The translations under genes and the position numbers were made by a program. Positions 18,511 to 27,137 of a stretch of 64,000 nucleotides of DNA are shown piece after piece. The DNA comes from Bacteroidaceae bacterium (lineage in GTDB: Bacteria; Bacteroidota; Bacteroidia; Bacteroidales; Bacteroidaceae), in NCBI GenBank assembly GCA_016286165.1, contig JAEESE010000006.1:78633-142632 (forward strand), read 5' to 3'. Position 1 is the stretch's first letter. Every line of letters starts with the position of its first letter. Under the pieces are notes generated by a model that worked only from the letters and a program-made list of their open reading frames with translations, ran no database searches and was not told the origin of the DNA.

Positions 18511-18585
18511 ATTCGTTATGAGAGCCTAAAATGACGTAACATTAAATTATATAGCCGAAAATATGGGACGTAAAGAATTAATAAG

Positions 18586-18593
18586 TATTTTTG
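18586..18593 (+). promoter_or_regulatory. -7 box TATTTTTG upstream of the sialic-acid operon
   Basis: Exact TAnnTTTG match 44 nt upstream of the ATG at 18637. Confidence 0.55.
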
Positions 18594-18636
18594 TGGCGCA
18601 ATTAACAAACTCACTTGATAAAACTAACAACAAACT

Positions 18637-19557
18637 ATGGAAAAAATCAAAGGGCTGATTGATGCCCCGTTCACTCCGATGCTCGCCGACGGCAGCATAA
18701 ACCTTAGTATTATTCCCGAATACGCTTCGCTGCTCTATCGCAACGGGCTGAAAGGCGTGTTCATCAACGGCTCCAGCGGCGAGGGCTATATGCTTACCGA
18801 GGACGAGCGCAAGGCCATCGCCGAGGCTTGGATGGACGCGGTGAAAGGCTTTGAAGACTTCAAGGTCATCGTTCACGTAGGCAGCACCTGTGTGCGTTCT
18901 TCAAAGAAACTTGCCGAGCATGCCCAGGCTATCGGCGCATTCGGTATCGGTGCCATGGCACCTCCTTTCCCCAAGGTAGGCCGCATCGAGGAACTCGTGA
19001 AGTATTGCGAGGAAATAGCCTGCGGAGCACCCAAGCTGCCGTTCTATTTTTACCACATCCCAGCCTTCAACGGTGCCTTCCTCTCGATGCTCGACTTCCT
19101 GCAGGCTGTAGATGGCCGTATTCCTAATTTCGCCGGCATCAAATACACGTTCGAGAGCCTCTACGAGTACAACCGCTGCCGCCGCTACAAGGACGGCAAG
19201 TTCGACATGCTTCACGGTCAGGACGAGACCATTCTTCCATGCCTGGCCATGGGCGGAGCACAGGGCGGAATAGGTGGCACTACCAACTACAATGGCCGCT
19301 GTCTCGTGGGTATCATCAAGGCCTGGCAAGAGGGCGACCTCGAGAAAGCACGTGCCCTGCAGAACTACGCTCAGGACGTCATCGATGTCATCTGCCACTT
19401 CCGCGGAAACATCGTCGGCGGCAAGCGAATCATGAAACTTATAGGCCTCGACCTCGGTCCAAATCGCACGCCTTTCCAGAACGTCACCGACGAAGAGGAG
19501 GCTCGCCTGCGTGCCGAACTCGAAGCTATTGATTTCTTCAACCATTGCAATAAGTAA
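18637..19557 (+). CDS. nanA: N-acetylneuraminate lyase (DapA/NanA family class I aldolase)
   Basis: MEKIKGLIDAPFTPM...GVFINGSSGEGYMLTEDERK has the DHDPS/NAL fold signature. The operon also carries a NanM-like mutarotase, a transporter and an AGE epimerase. Confidence 0.75.
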   Translation: MEKIKGLIDAPFTPMLADGSINLSIIPEYASLLYRNGLKGVFINGSSGEGYMLTEDERKAIAEAWMDAVKGFEDFKVIVHVGSTCVRSSKKLAEHAQAIGAFGIGAMAPPFPKVGRIEELVKYCEEIACGAPKLPFYFYHIPAFNGAFLSMLDFLQAVDGRIPNFAGIKYTFESLYEYNRCRRYKDGKFDMLHGQDETILPCLAMGGAQGGIGGTTNYNGRCLVGIIKAWQEGDLEKARALQNYAQDVIDVICHFRGNIVGGKRIMKLIGLDLGPNRTPFQNVTDEEEARLRAELEAIDFFNHCNK

Positions 19558-19603
19558 AGTGTTTTAAACCACTGGTTATTAACTAATTAAAAAATCAAAA
19601 ATC

Positions 19604-20080
19604 ATGAAGAAAATTCTATTGGTAATGCTGGTACTCGCCGGCTTCTGTGTGAAAGCAAACGCTCAGTTCTTCGTTTCTGGAACTGCAGGTTTTCAGTATC
19701 GCGACGAAGTGTTCAGCATGAAGCTGCTGCCTGGTGTAGGCTATGAAATCTCCGACCGCTGGGCTATTGGAGCTGGTCTCGGCCTCTCCGTGTACGATGA
19801 GAATACCAGAGGTCTTGCGAATCCTTATGTCCGTTTCAATTGCTGGAACAACGATCAGGTGTTCCTGGACGTGAAGGCCACTTCTGAACTCACTTTCGGC
19901 AAACATTACACCACTGCATTTGTGGGCCTCAAGCCTTCATTGCGCTATGCTGTAAACAATCATCTGCAGTTGTCGGCTGACTTCGGAGCCTTCGGTGTAG
20001 ACATCAACGACGGCGATGCTTCACCTGCTATCGGTCTTACACTTTCCGGCATCGACCTCACCGTTATCTACCGCTTCTGA
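19604..20080 (+). CDS. Small outer-membrane beta-barrel protein (OMP_b-brl-like)
   Basis: 158 aa with a signal peptide ending ...KANAQ. It has an alternating hydrophobic pattern and a C-terminal aromatic residue (...VIYRF). Confidence 0.65.
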   Translation: MKKILLVMLVLAGFCVKANAQFFVSGTAGFQYRDEVFSMKLLPGVGYEISDRWAIGAGLGLSVYDENTRGLANPYVRFNCWNNDQVFLDVKATSELTFGKHYTTAFVGLKPSLRYAVNNHLQLSADFGAFGVDINDGDASPAIGLTLSGIDLTVIYRF

Positions 20081-20108
20081 TTCATTCATTTAATTCATTG
20101 ATAGCTGT

Positions 20109-23018
20109 ATGAAAAAACTGCTCTCCATGCTGGGCATTTTTGTCTGCCTGGCTCATCTTTCATTTGCACAAGATTCCACTTCCCTCGCTCCCGAGGGGCT
20201 GGAGAGCAGACCGGCGGTCGGTTCTCCTTCCCACCGCTTCAATACAGCTGATTTCACATCCGTTCCCGCCCTCTCCGCCTTTGGCGGTCAGGGCGTGAGC
20301 GGTGCTTTTGCCGGTGTCGTAAACAATAGCCCGCTCGGCCAGTATGTGATAGTGGCCGGCGGTTGCAATTTCCCTGACACACCGGCAGCCGAGGGCGGAC
20401 AGAAAGTGTTCTACACCGACATCTATGCCCTCCCGCTCGCATATGCTGCTCCTGACGATTATCCCCGTTCAGGAGGTTGGCAACGTGTCGGCGCTATGCC
20501 CTGTGGCCTGGCTTATGGCGCCAGCGTCACCACCCCCGAAGGTGTCGTTTGCCTCGGCGGTACTTCCGACGGACAGAAGAGCGAGGATTTCGCCGTGCTG
20601 CTTACTATGGACGACAGCCTCGGCATCCAATCCCAGGACATTCCTCTTCTGCCTACTTCTCTCGACAATTTCGCTGCCGCCTATGGCGACGGCTATATAT
20701 ATGTGGCTGGTGGTCAGCACAATGGCATCCCCAATCGCAAGGCTTACCGCCTCCGCTGGCCGCTCGGCGCAGCTTGGGAAGAGCTGCCTGACATGCCCGG
20801 CCCTATGCGCCTGCAACCGTCTGCCGCAGTGCAGAAAGGCGCTCTTGCCGCCAATTTCTACCTACTTGGCGGCTTTGATCCTCGCTACGGCAAAGCCGTT
20901 GCCAACGGCGTTTACTATGATACGAGAAAGCGTGAGTGGCTGGCTACTTCCTTAATGCAGACCAGACCGGCCCCCCTGTCGTCCCCCGAGGGGGACACGG
21001 ATGCTTTGCCTTCTGTCAACAATACAATAGAAGCCCCCTCGGGGGCCGTAGGGGGGGCCGCTCTTTCCTTGGTCGGCGCTTCCGCCATCCCCTCCGGCGC
21101 AGCCCATATCCTCTGTTTCGGCGGTGTCGACAAGGACATCTTCGAGGCTGCCCTTGCGCGTAACGCTCTCATCGCCGACACCACGACCACTGCCGACCGT
21201 CTTGCCGAGCTGCGCGACGAAGCTTATTCCTATATGACGCAAGACCCCGCGTGGTACAAGTTCCGCCGCTCCATTCTCGTCTATCACACAGTCACTGATT
21301 CGTGGGCAGAGGTTTTCGATAGCCCCCTTATAGCCCGTGCCGGAGCGGCTGTAGTGCCTGTGCCGTCGGGCACTGGGTCCTCGTCCCTCTCCGCCCTTGT
21401 CATCGGCGGCGAAGAGAAGCCCGGAGTGCGTTCGTCCGATGTCACCCGTGTGGACATCGGTTATACAGCCCATTTCGGTTGGCTCAACTGGACAGTGCTC
21501 ATTCTCTACCTATTGGGCATGGTCTATCTGGGCTACTACTTCATGAAGCGCGCCTCGAACTCCACCGACGATTTCTTCAAAGGCGGCGGCCGCATACCCT
21601 GGTGGGCGGCAGGCATCAGCATCTTCGCCACTATGCTCAGCGCCATCACCTACATGAGTATTCCTGCCAAGGCTTACGCCACCGACTGGACCTACTATCC
21701 CATGCAGATCTGCATCCTGTTGGTGTCGTTCCCTGTCATTAGATATTACTTGCCGTTCTTCCGTCGTCTCAACGTCACCACGGCTTACGAATACCTTGAG
21801 CGCCGCTTCAACTCGGCTACGCGCCTCATGGCCAGCATCCTGTTCATCGTATTCATGGTGGCCAGAACAGCTCTCGTGCTCTTCCTTCCGTCGCTGGCGA
21901 TGACTGCCGTAACGGGCATCAATATCTACATATGTATAGCCCTGATGGCGCTCATCACCATCCTCTACTGCACGATGGGCGGTGTTGAGGCCGTAGTCTG
22001 GGGCGATGTCATCCAAGGCATCATCCTCGTTGGCGGAGCCGTTCTCGCTGCCGTTTATCTTATCGTCAACACAGGCGACAACGGTGCTTCGGATTTCTTC
22101 CATATTGCCACCGACAACGACAAGTTCCGCCTATTCCTCTTCGACCCCGAACATCCGTTCGACTTCGTCAATGCCACCTGGTGGGTGGTCATCCTCGGCG
22201 GCTTGGCCAACAACCTCATCTCCTACACCAGCGACCAGACCGTAATTCAGCGTTACCTGACCACCAGCGACGAGAAGAGTGCAGCGCGTGGTATCCTCAC
22301 CAACGGCCTCATGTCCGTCGTGGTGACCATCGCCTTCTTCACCATCGGCACAGGCCTTTACACCTTCTTCAAGACGCATCCAGCCGAACTCGACATCACC
22401 ATGGCCAAGGGCGATGCCATCTTCCCCTTCTTCATGATGAGCCAGTTGCCAGCAGGTCTCGCCGGCCTCCTCATCGCTGCCGTCTTCGCTGCCACCATGT
22501 CCACCATCGCCTCAAATATCAATAGTATTTCTACGGCATTCACAGTGGATTTGTGGAGCAAGCTGAAGAAGATGACTCCCCTTTCGTCTGCTGACATCGA
22601 AGGTAATGAAGCCCCCTCGGGGGCCGTAGGGGGGGCCGGCACCGTTCGTGTCGCTCGCATCGCAGGCATCTGCGCCGGCATGCTCGGCATGGCTATTGCC
22701 TGGCTGATGGCAACCGTTGATATCCAGTCATTGCTCGACTACTTCAACACCATCCTCGGCCTCTTGAGCGGCGCCATCGGCGGCCTGTTCCTCATGGGTA
22801 TCTTCTTCCCGCGCATCGGTTCCAAGGCTGCCATCATCGGCTTCCTCTGCGGTACAGCCACCGTTCTTTACATGAACTTCTACACCAACGCCAACTTCCT
22901 CCTCTTCGGCTTCGTCTCTATGCTCGTCAGCGTCCTCGTCGCCCTCTTCCTCAGTATCTTTATGCCGCAGACTGAGGAGCAGAAGGGGTTGACATGGAAG
23001 ACATTGCAAAAGGAATAA
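20109..23018 (+). CDS. Fusion protein: Kelch/beta-propeller cyclically permuted mutarotase (NanM-like) + sodium:solute symporter (SSS family)
   Basis: Signal peptide present. The first roughly 450 aa carry Kelch-type GG repeats (VAGGCNF, CLGGTSDG, YVAGGQHNG, YLLGGFD, CFGGVDKD, VIGGEEKP). From about aa 455 there are multiple TM helices with SSS motifs (DFFKGGGRIPWW, TAYEYLERRF, GGVEAVVWGDVIQ). Confidence 0.85.
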   Translation: MKKLLSMLGIFVCLAHLSFAQDSTSLAPEGLESRPAVGSPSHRFNTADFTSVPALSAFGGQGVSGAFAGVVNNSPLGQYVIVAGGCNFPDTPAAEGGQKVFYTDIYALPLAYAAPDDYPRSGGWQRVGAMPCGLAYGASVTTPEGVVCLGGTSDGQKSEDFAVLLTMDDSLGIQSQDIPLLPTSLDNFAAAYGDGYIYVAGGQHNGIPNRKAYRLRWPLGAAWEELPDMPGPMRLQPSAAVQKGALAANFYLLGGFDPRYGKAVANGVYYDTRKREWLATSLMQTRPAPLSSPEGDTDALPSVNNTIEAPSGAVGGAALSLVGASAIPSGAAHILCFGGVDKDIFEAALARNALIADTTTTADRLAELRDEAYSYMTQDPAWYKFRRSILVYHTVTDSWAEVFDSPLIARAGAAVVPVPSGTGSSSLSALVIGGEEKPGVRSSDVTRVDIGYTAHFGWLNWTVLILYLLGMVYLGYYFMKRASNSTDDFFKGGGRIPWWAAGISIFATMLSAITYMSIPAKAYATDWTYYPMQICILLVSFPVIRYYLPFFRRLNVTTAYEYLERRFNSATRLMASILFIVFMVARTALVLFLPSLAMTAVTGINIYICIALMALITILYCTMGGVEAVVWGDVIQGIILVGGAVLAAVYLIVNTGDNGASDFFHIATDNDKFRLFLFDPEHPFDFVNATWWVVILGGLANNLISYTSDQTVIQRYLTTSDEKSAARGILTNGLMSVVVTIAFFTIGTGLYTFFKTHPAELDITMAKGDAIFPFFMMSQLPAGLAGLLIAAVFAATMSTIASNINSISTAFTVDLWSKLKKMTPLSSADIEGNEAPSGAVGGAGTVRVARIAGICAGMLGMAIAWLMATVDIQSLLDYFNTILGLLSGAIGGLFLMGIFFPRIGSKAAIIGFLCGTATVLYMNFYTNANFLLFGFVSMLVSVLVALFLSIFMPQTEEQKGLTWKTLQKE
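21030..21060 (+). repeat. GC-rich palindromic element, in-frame copy 1 (encodes EAPSGAVGGA)
   Basis: gaagccccctcgggggccgtagggggggccg is identical to 22608-22638 and in the same codon phase. A related palindrome, gtcccccgagggggac, lies at 20981-20996. Confidence 0.9.
22608..22638 (+). repeat. GC-rich palindromic element, in-frame copy 2 (encodes EAPSGAVGGA)
   Basis: Identical 31-mer inside the symporter half of the same ORF. Confidence 0.9.
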
Positions 23019-23030
23019 CAGACCCACCCC

Positions 23031-23069
23031 TCACCCTCCCTGTGAGGGAGGGGGTGGTCACCATCAAGA
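23031..23069 (+). repeat. GC-rich palindromic element / hairpin 13 nt downstream of the symporter stop codon
   Basis: gacccacccctcaccctccctgtgagggagggggtggtc is self-complementary. It is an inverted copy of the element at 23161-23197. Confidence 0.85.
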
Positions 23070-23129
23070 AACGCAATCCCAACTAATAATCCTTCATTAG
23101 TCATCAAGAATTATTCATATAGAATCACA

Positions 23130-24386
23130 ATGCAAGAAAAACAATCTTCAAAAGTAATTACTCCCCTCCATCACAGGGAGGGGCAGGGGGGTGGGTCTTT
23201 TAAAGAGTTAGCCCAGCTCTACAAATCAGAGTTGCTCGATCGCGTAGTCCCCTTCTGGCTCAACAAGTCCCAGGACACCGAGTTCGGTGGCTATTTCACT
23301 TGCCTCGACCGCGACGGCTCGGTCTATGATACCGACAAATTCATCTGGCTGCAAGGCCGTGAGGTTTGGATGTTCTCCAAACTCTACAACACCGTTGAGC
23401 CACGTCAGGAGTGGCTTGATGCCGCCATCCAAGGTGCCGAGTTCCTGAAGAAGTACGGCCACGACGGCAACCTCAACTGGTACTTCGCCCTCGACCGCGA
23501 AGGACATCCCCTCGTGGAGCCCTACAACATTTTCTCCTATACCTTTGCCGTCATCGCCTTCGGTCAGCTCTCCATCGCCCTCGCTACTGCTGGACAGAAG
23601 GAAAGAAGTGAGGAGTATGCCTCTATAGCCAAACGCACCTTCGACATTGTCCTCTCCAAGACCGACAACCCGAAAGGCCGCTGGTCTAAGGCCTCACCAG
23701 GCGCACGCGCCATGAAGACCTTCGACCTTCCCATGATTCTCTGCAATGTAGCTCTCGAGATAGAATCGCTCCTCGAGCCCGCCTTCCTGCAGAAAGCCAT
23801 CGACGATTGCCTCCACGAAGTCATGGATGTCTTCTATCGTCCTGAACTTGGCCTCATCGTCGAAGCCTTGGGCAAGGACGGCAACCTCGTTGACAGCTTC
23901 GACGGTCGCAAACTCAATCCCGGTCACGCCATCGAAGCTATGTGGTTTGTCATGGACCTCGGCAAGCGCCTCAATCGTCCCGAGCTTATCAAGCAAGCCG
24001 TTGACATCTGCCTGCAGGAAGTAGAATACGGTTGGGACAAAGAGTACGACGGCGTCTTCTACTTCATGGATCGCTTGGGCAAGCCCCGTCACGAACTCGA
24101 GTTCGACCAGAAACTCTGGTGGGTACACCTCGAAACGCTTATCTCCCTCATCAAGGGCTACCAGCTCACGGGCGACGAGCGTTGTCTCCGTTGGTTCGAG
24201 CGCGTTCACGACTACACCTGGAGCCATTTCCGCGACCCCGACTACCCCGAGTGGTATGGCTACCTCAACCGTCAAGGCGAAGTCCTCCTCCCCCTCAAGG
24301 GCGGCAAATGGAAAGGCTGCTTCCACGTCCCCCGCGGCCTCCTCAACGTATGGAAGATCCTCGAAGATCTCGCTCAAAGAGGATAG
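23130..24386 (+). CDS. N-acylglucosamine 2-epimerase (AGE/RENBP family)
   Basis: 418 aa with (alpha/alpha)6-type motifs VVPFWLNKSQDTEFGGYFTCLDRDG, PGHAIEAMWF, WWVHLETL and KGCFHVPRGL. Codons 12-23 are encoded by a GC-rich palindromic element. Confidence 0.85.
   Translation: MQEKQSSKVITPLHHREGQGGGSFKELAQLYKSELLDRVVPFWLNKSQDTEFGGYFTCLDRDGSVYDTDKFIWLQGREVWMFSKLYNTVEPRQEWLDAAIQGAEFLKKYGHDGNLNWYFALDREGHPLVEPYNIFSYTFAVIAFGQLSIALATAGQKERSEEYASIAKRTFDIVLSKTDNPKGRWSKASPGARAMKTFDLPMILCNVALEIESLLEPAFLQKAIDDCLHEVMDVFYRPELGLIVEALGKDGNLVDSFDGRKLNPGHAIEAMWFVMDLGKRLNRPELIKQAVDICLQEVEYGWDKEYDGVFYFMDRLGKPRHELEFDQKLWWVHLETLISLIKGYQLTGDERCLRWFERVHDYTWSHFRDPDYPEWYGYLNRQGEVLLPLKGGKWKGCFHVPRGLLNVWKILEDLAQRG
23161..23197 (-). 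repeat. GC-rich palindromic element inside the 5' end of the epimerase ORF (encodes PLHHREGQGGG)
   Basis: The reverse complement gacccacccccctgcccctccctgtgatggaggggag aligns with 23031-23069. Confidence 0.85.
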
Positions 24387-24416
24387 GTTAACGAAAACGC
24401 ATAATTCCCCATAGTT

Positions 24417-24872
24417 ATGAAACTCGCTGAAGCTTTAAGCATCCGCAAGGATCTGCAAAAACGTATCCAACAGATAGGGAAACGTTTGGAAGATAACGTG
24501 AAGATACAGGAGGGCGACGAACCAGCCGAGAACCCGAAGGAACTGATGAAGGAATTGGACGAATGCCTGAAACAATTGGAAAACCTGATTTGGCGTATTA
24601 ACCTGACAAACGTTCAGACCGTGAATGAGGCAGGTAAGACCGTCACGCAACTGATGGCAGAGAAAGATGTACTTTCGTTACGCTTGTCGACTTTACGCGG
24701 CACTTTCGACAGGGCTTCTTCGCAACACGATCGTTATTCCCGTTCTGAAATAAAGATGATTACGGTGGTAGATGTCAAGCAACTGAGCAAGCAGATTGAC
24801 GAATACTCAGCTGCGCTACGCAAGCTTGATATGGAAATTCAGACGTTGAATTTCCAGACCGAACTCGTCTGA
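24417..24872 (+). CDS. DIP1984-family (septicolysin-like) coiled-coil protein
   Basis: MKLAEALSIRKDLQKRIQQ...ENPKELMKELDECLKQLENLIWRINLTN...RYSRSEIKMITVVDVKQL...LNFQTELV matches my memory of the DIP1984 family consensus. Confidence 0.6.
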   Translation: MKLAEALSIRKDLQKRIQQIGKRLEDNVKIQEGDEPAENPKELMKELDECLKQLENLIWRINLTNVQTVNEAGKTVTQLMAEKDVLSLRLSTLRGTFDRASSQHDRYSRSEIKMITVVDVKQLSKQIDEYSAALRKLDMEIQTLNFQTELV

Positions 24873-25114
24873 TTTCTATTGGAGACATTCACATTCATAG
24901 GGCGAACTGAAAAACAATTGGTCTCTGATCAATGCCCGTTCGGCCGGGAGCAGGCCTCCTTCTCATTGGAGAACTCACGGAGCAAGCTTAGCACGGCTGC
25001 AATCGCATGCATTGTTCATTTAGCACATTGCACTACCGTCAGTTGACTATGATTGTCGAATGTCTCCTTCCTTTGTTGTCCTTTTATAAATTGTTGTTGG
25101 CGATATAGAAGTTT

Positions 25115-25147
25115 TTCATTGATGAACCCTTGTGTTATTGGCACAAG
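25115..25147. promoter_or_regulatory. Two small palindromes (candidate operators) upstream of the WYL gene promoter
   Basis: TTCAT-TG-ATGAA (25115-25126) and CTTGTG-ttattgg-CACAAG (25129-25147), about 30-60 nt upstream of the -7 box at 25174. Confidence 0.3.
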
Positions 25148-25173
25148 CAAGATTGTTCACCTTTTCCTATTAT

Positions 25174-25181
25174 TATATTTG
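25174..25181 (+). promoter_or_regulatory. -7 box TATATTTG for the WYL-nuclease operon
   Basis: Exact TAnnTTTG match 34 nt upstream of the ATG at 25215. Confidence 0.55.
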
Positions 25182-25214
25182 CCGTAGTCATTTCCCTGCT
25201 TTTGTATTTTTACG

Positions 25215-26126
25215 ATGATTAGCAAAACTTATTATCGATATATCTGGCTGCTGAACTTGTTGCTTGATAGCGACCCTCTCACATTTGATGAGATCTGTAT
25301 GATGTGGAAAATGAATCCGGCGTTCGATGGTCCTTTACCCATCCGTACGTTCCACGAGCATCGGAAGGGCATCAAAGAGATGTTTGGCGTGGACATCGAA
25401 TGCGACCGTTCGAAGGGTAATGTCTATTACGTCAAGAATCCGGAGGTCTTGGGGAAGATGAAACTGGAGAAGTGGTTGTTGCGTAATTATAGCATTCCAC
25501 AGGACTTTGTGACCTTCAACGCTATGAAGGACCGTATCCTGCTGGAGGAGATACCGCTGGGGCAGGCTTTCTTGGATCATATCATCGAAGCGATGAAGTC
25601 GAACGTGGAACTGCGGATAGAATACCAGCGATATGAATACGGGCAGGACACTCATCGACAAACGATTCACATGCAACCATACGCCCTGAAGGTCTATAAC
25701 CGTCGTTGGTATCTGTTGGGCTATCTGAAGGAACAAGATGCCTTGCGCATCATCTCGTTAGACCGCATTCTAAGCTTGCAAGTGCTAAAGACCTTCTTTG
25801 AACTGCCTTCAAACTTCAATGCAAGGAAATACTTCGCTGATGTGGTCGGCATCTTCGTGAACGAAGATCTTCCTGTGACCAAAGTGAAGATTCGCGCCTA
25901 CGGTACTCAGGCAGAATACCTTCGCTCTACTCCGCTCCATAAAAGCCAATCCGAAGGTCGCTCCAAATATCGTGAGTTTGCAGAATTCACCTATAGACTG
26001 TGCATAACACCAGAGTTGGTCACTCAGTTGCTAGCAATGGGGGACAAGGTAGAGGTGCTGGAGCCGGAGGAGTTGAGAGAAGAGATGAAAGAAGAATTAA
26101 TTAAATGTTTAACAAATTATAAATAG
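25215..26126 (+). CDS. WYL-domain transcriptional regulator (wHTH-WYL-WCX, BrxR/CapW-like architecture)
   Basis: 303 aa. It has an N-terminal wHTH-like region (YRYIWLLNLLLDSDPLTFDEI), the WYL signature VYNRRWYLLGY, and a C-terminal extension ending ...VEVLEPEELREEMKEEL. Confidence 0.8.
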   Translation: MISKTYYRYIWLLNLLLDSDPLTFDEICMMWKMNPAFDGPLPIRTFHEHRKGIKEMFGVDIECDRSKGNVYYVKNPEVLGKMKLEKWLLRNYSIPQDFVTFNAMKDRILLEEIPLGQAFLDHIIEAMKSNVELRIEYQRYEYGQDTHRQTIHMQPYALKVYNRRWYLLGYLKEQDALRIISLDRILSLQVLKTFFELPSNFNARKYFADVVGIFVNEDLPVTKVKIRAYGTQAEYLRSTPLHKSQSEGRSKYREFAEFTYRLCITPELVTQLLAMGDKVEVLEPEELREEMKEELIKCLTNYK

Positions 26127-26130
26127 TGTT

Positions 26131-26889
26131 ATGCAAATATCAAATAAAAATGGTAAAATAATTACTTGCCTCTCAACATGGAAAGATGCTTTTATTGAAG
26201 TTGACAATCCAAAGCATTGGAAACCAGGTAGGAGCGCTCATTCTTTAGCTCTTCATTTTACACGCCCATCAATAAATGGTTCTAAAGGAATAGATGTTTT
26301 ATCGGAATATCTTGGATATCTGGGATTTAAAAATGTTTTATTCGATTATGCAGAAATAGAGCATGAGAGCCGTTTTGATACCTTCCGTGGAAATGGACGT
26401 ATTCAAGATTTAATGATTTGGGCAAAAAGCGGAAATCGCCCTTTAGCTATATGTATAGAAGCCAAGGTTGATGAAACATTTGATAAGAATGTACCAGATG
26501 CGTATAAAGAAAGAATGATTTATTCTTCCAAGAGACCTAAGAGCAAAACCCTTGATAGATTAAACTATATTTGTAAGCACTATTATAAAGTTGAACCCAA
26601 TAGTAGTGAACTGAATGATATTCGATATCAACTTCTTTACTATCTAGCAGGCTCTATCACTGAGGCCAAAAAAATTGATGGCGTTGCATTTATGCCAGTC
26701 TTTGTTTACCATACAGATTCATACAACGATCAAAATGGAGATAATAACAAAAAAGACTATGAGACATTTATCAAATCACTTAATTTTTCTTCTATAAGGG
26801 TTAATGACACAATCCAAATGTATAAGAATAAAATTGACGGCGTTGATGTTTATAGTGCATATATCGAAATAGAAAAAAATGATTATTAA
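26131..26889 (+). CDS. PD-(D/E)xK nuclease-fold protein (possibly DUF6946-like)
   Basis: It starts 4 nt after the WYL gene stop. The candidate catalytic pattern is EHESRFD ... IQDLMIW ... ICIEAKVDE (E / D / ExK). The N-terminal WKDAF...HWKPGRSAHSLALHF resembles my recollection of DUF6946. This is unverified. Confidence 0.5.
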   Translation: MQISNKNGKIITCLSTWKDAFIEVDNPKHWKPGRSAHSLALHFTRPSINGSKGIDVLSEYLGYLGFKNVLFDYAEIEHESRFDTFRGNGRIQDLMIWAKSGNRPLAICIEAKVDETFDKNVPDAYKERMIYSSKRPKSKTLDRLNYICKHYYKVEPNSSELNDIRYQLLYYLAGSITEAKKIDGVAFMPVFVYHTDSYNDQNGDNNKKDYETFIKSLNFSSIRVNDTIQMYKNKIDGVDVYSAYIEIEKNDY

Positions 26890-26970
26890 TAATTTAAAAT
26901 AAGAGATACCTTTGTAAAATCTATTTTATCTTCATTTTTAGAATAAATATATAGAATACATCTCCTTTCT

Positions 26971-27011
26971 GCGGCGTTTTTGCATAACAAACAGCAAAAA
27001 CGTCGTTTTTT
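26971..27011 (+). terminator. Intrinsic terminator of the WYL-nuclease operon (first copy of a duplicated cassette)
   Basis: gcggcgtttttgc-ataacaaaca-gcaaaaacgtcg followed by tttttt. The 12-bp stem contains one G-U pair, which is valid only on the plus-strand RNA. Confidence 0.8.
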
Positions 27012-27085
27012 GTGACTTTTCATTCGTATATATATATTTATAGGGGCTGGTATGAAAAGGTGTGCCCCATGATGTTTCACTAAAA

Positions 27086-27093
27086 TATATTTG
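27086..27093 (+). promoter_or_regulatory. -7 box TATATTTG upstream of the 101-aa acidic membrane protein gene
   Basis: Exact TAnnTTTG match 45 nt upstream of the ATG at 27138. Confidence 0.5.
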
Positions 27094-27137
27094 TATATGG
27101 CATTACATATTATTTTATTCGCGACAAAGAAGGTCGC

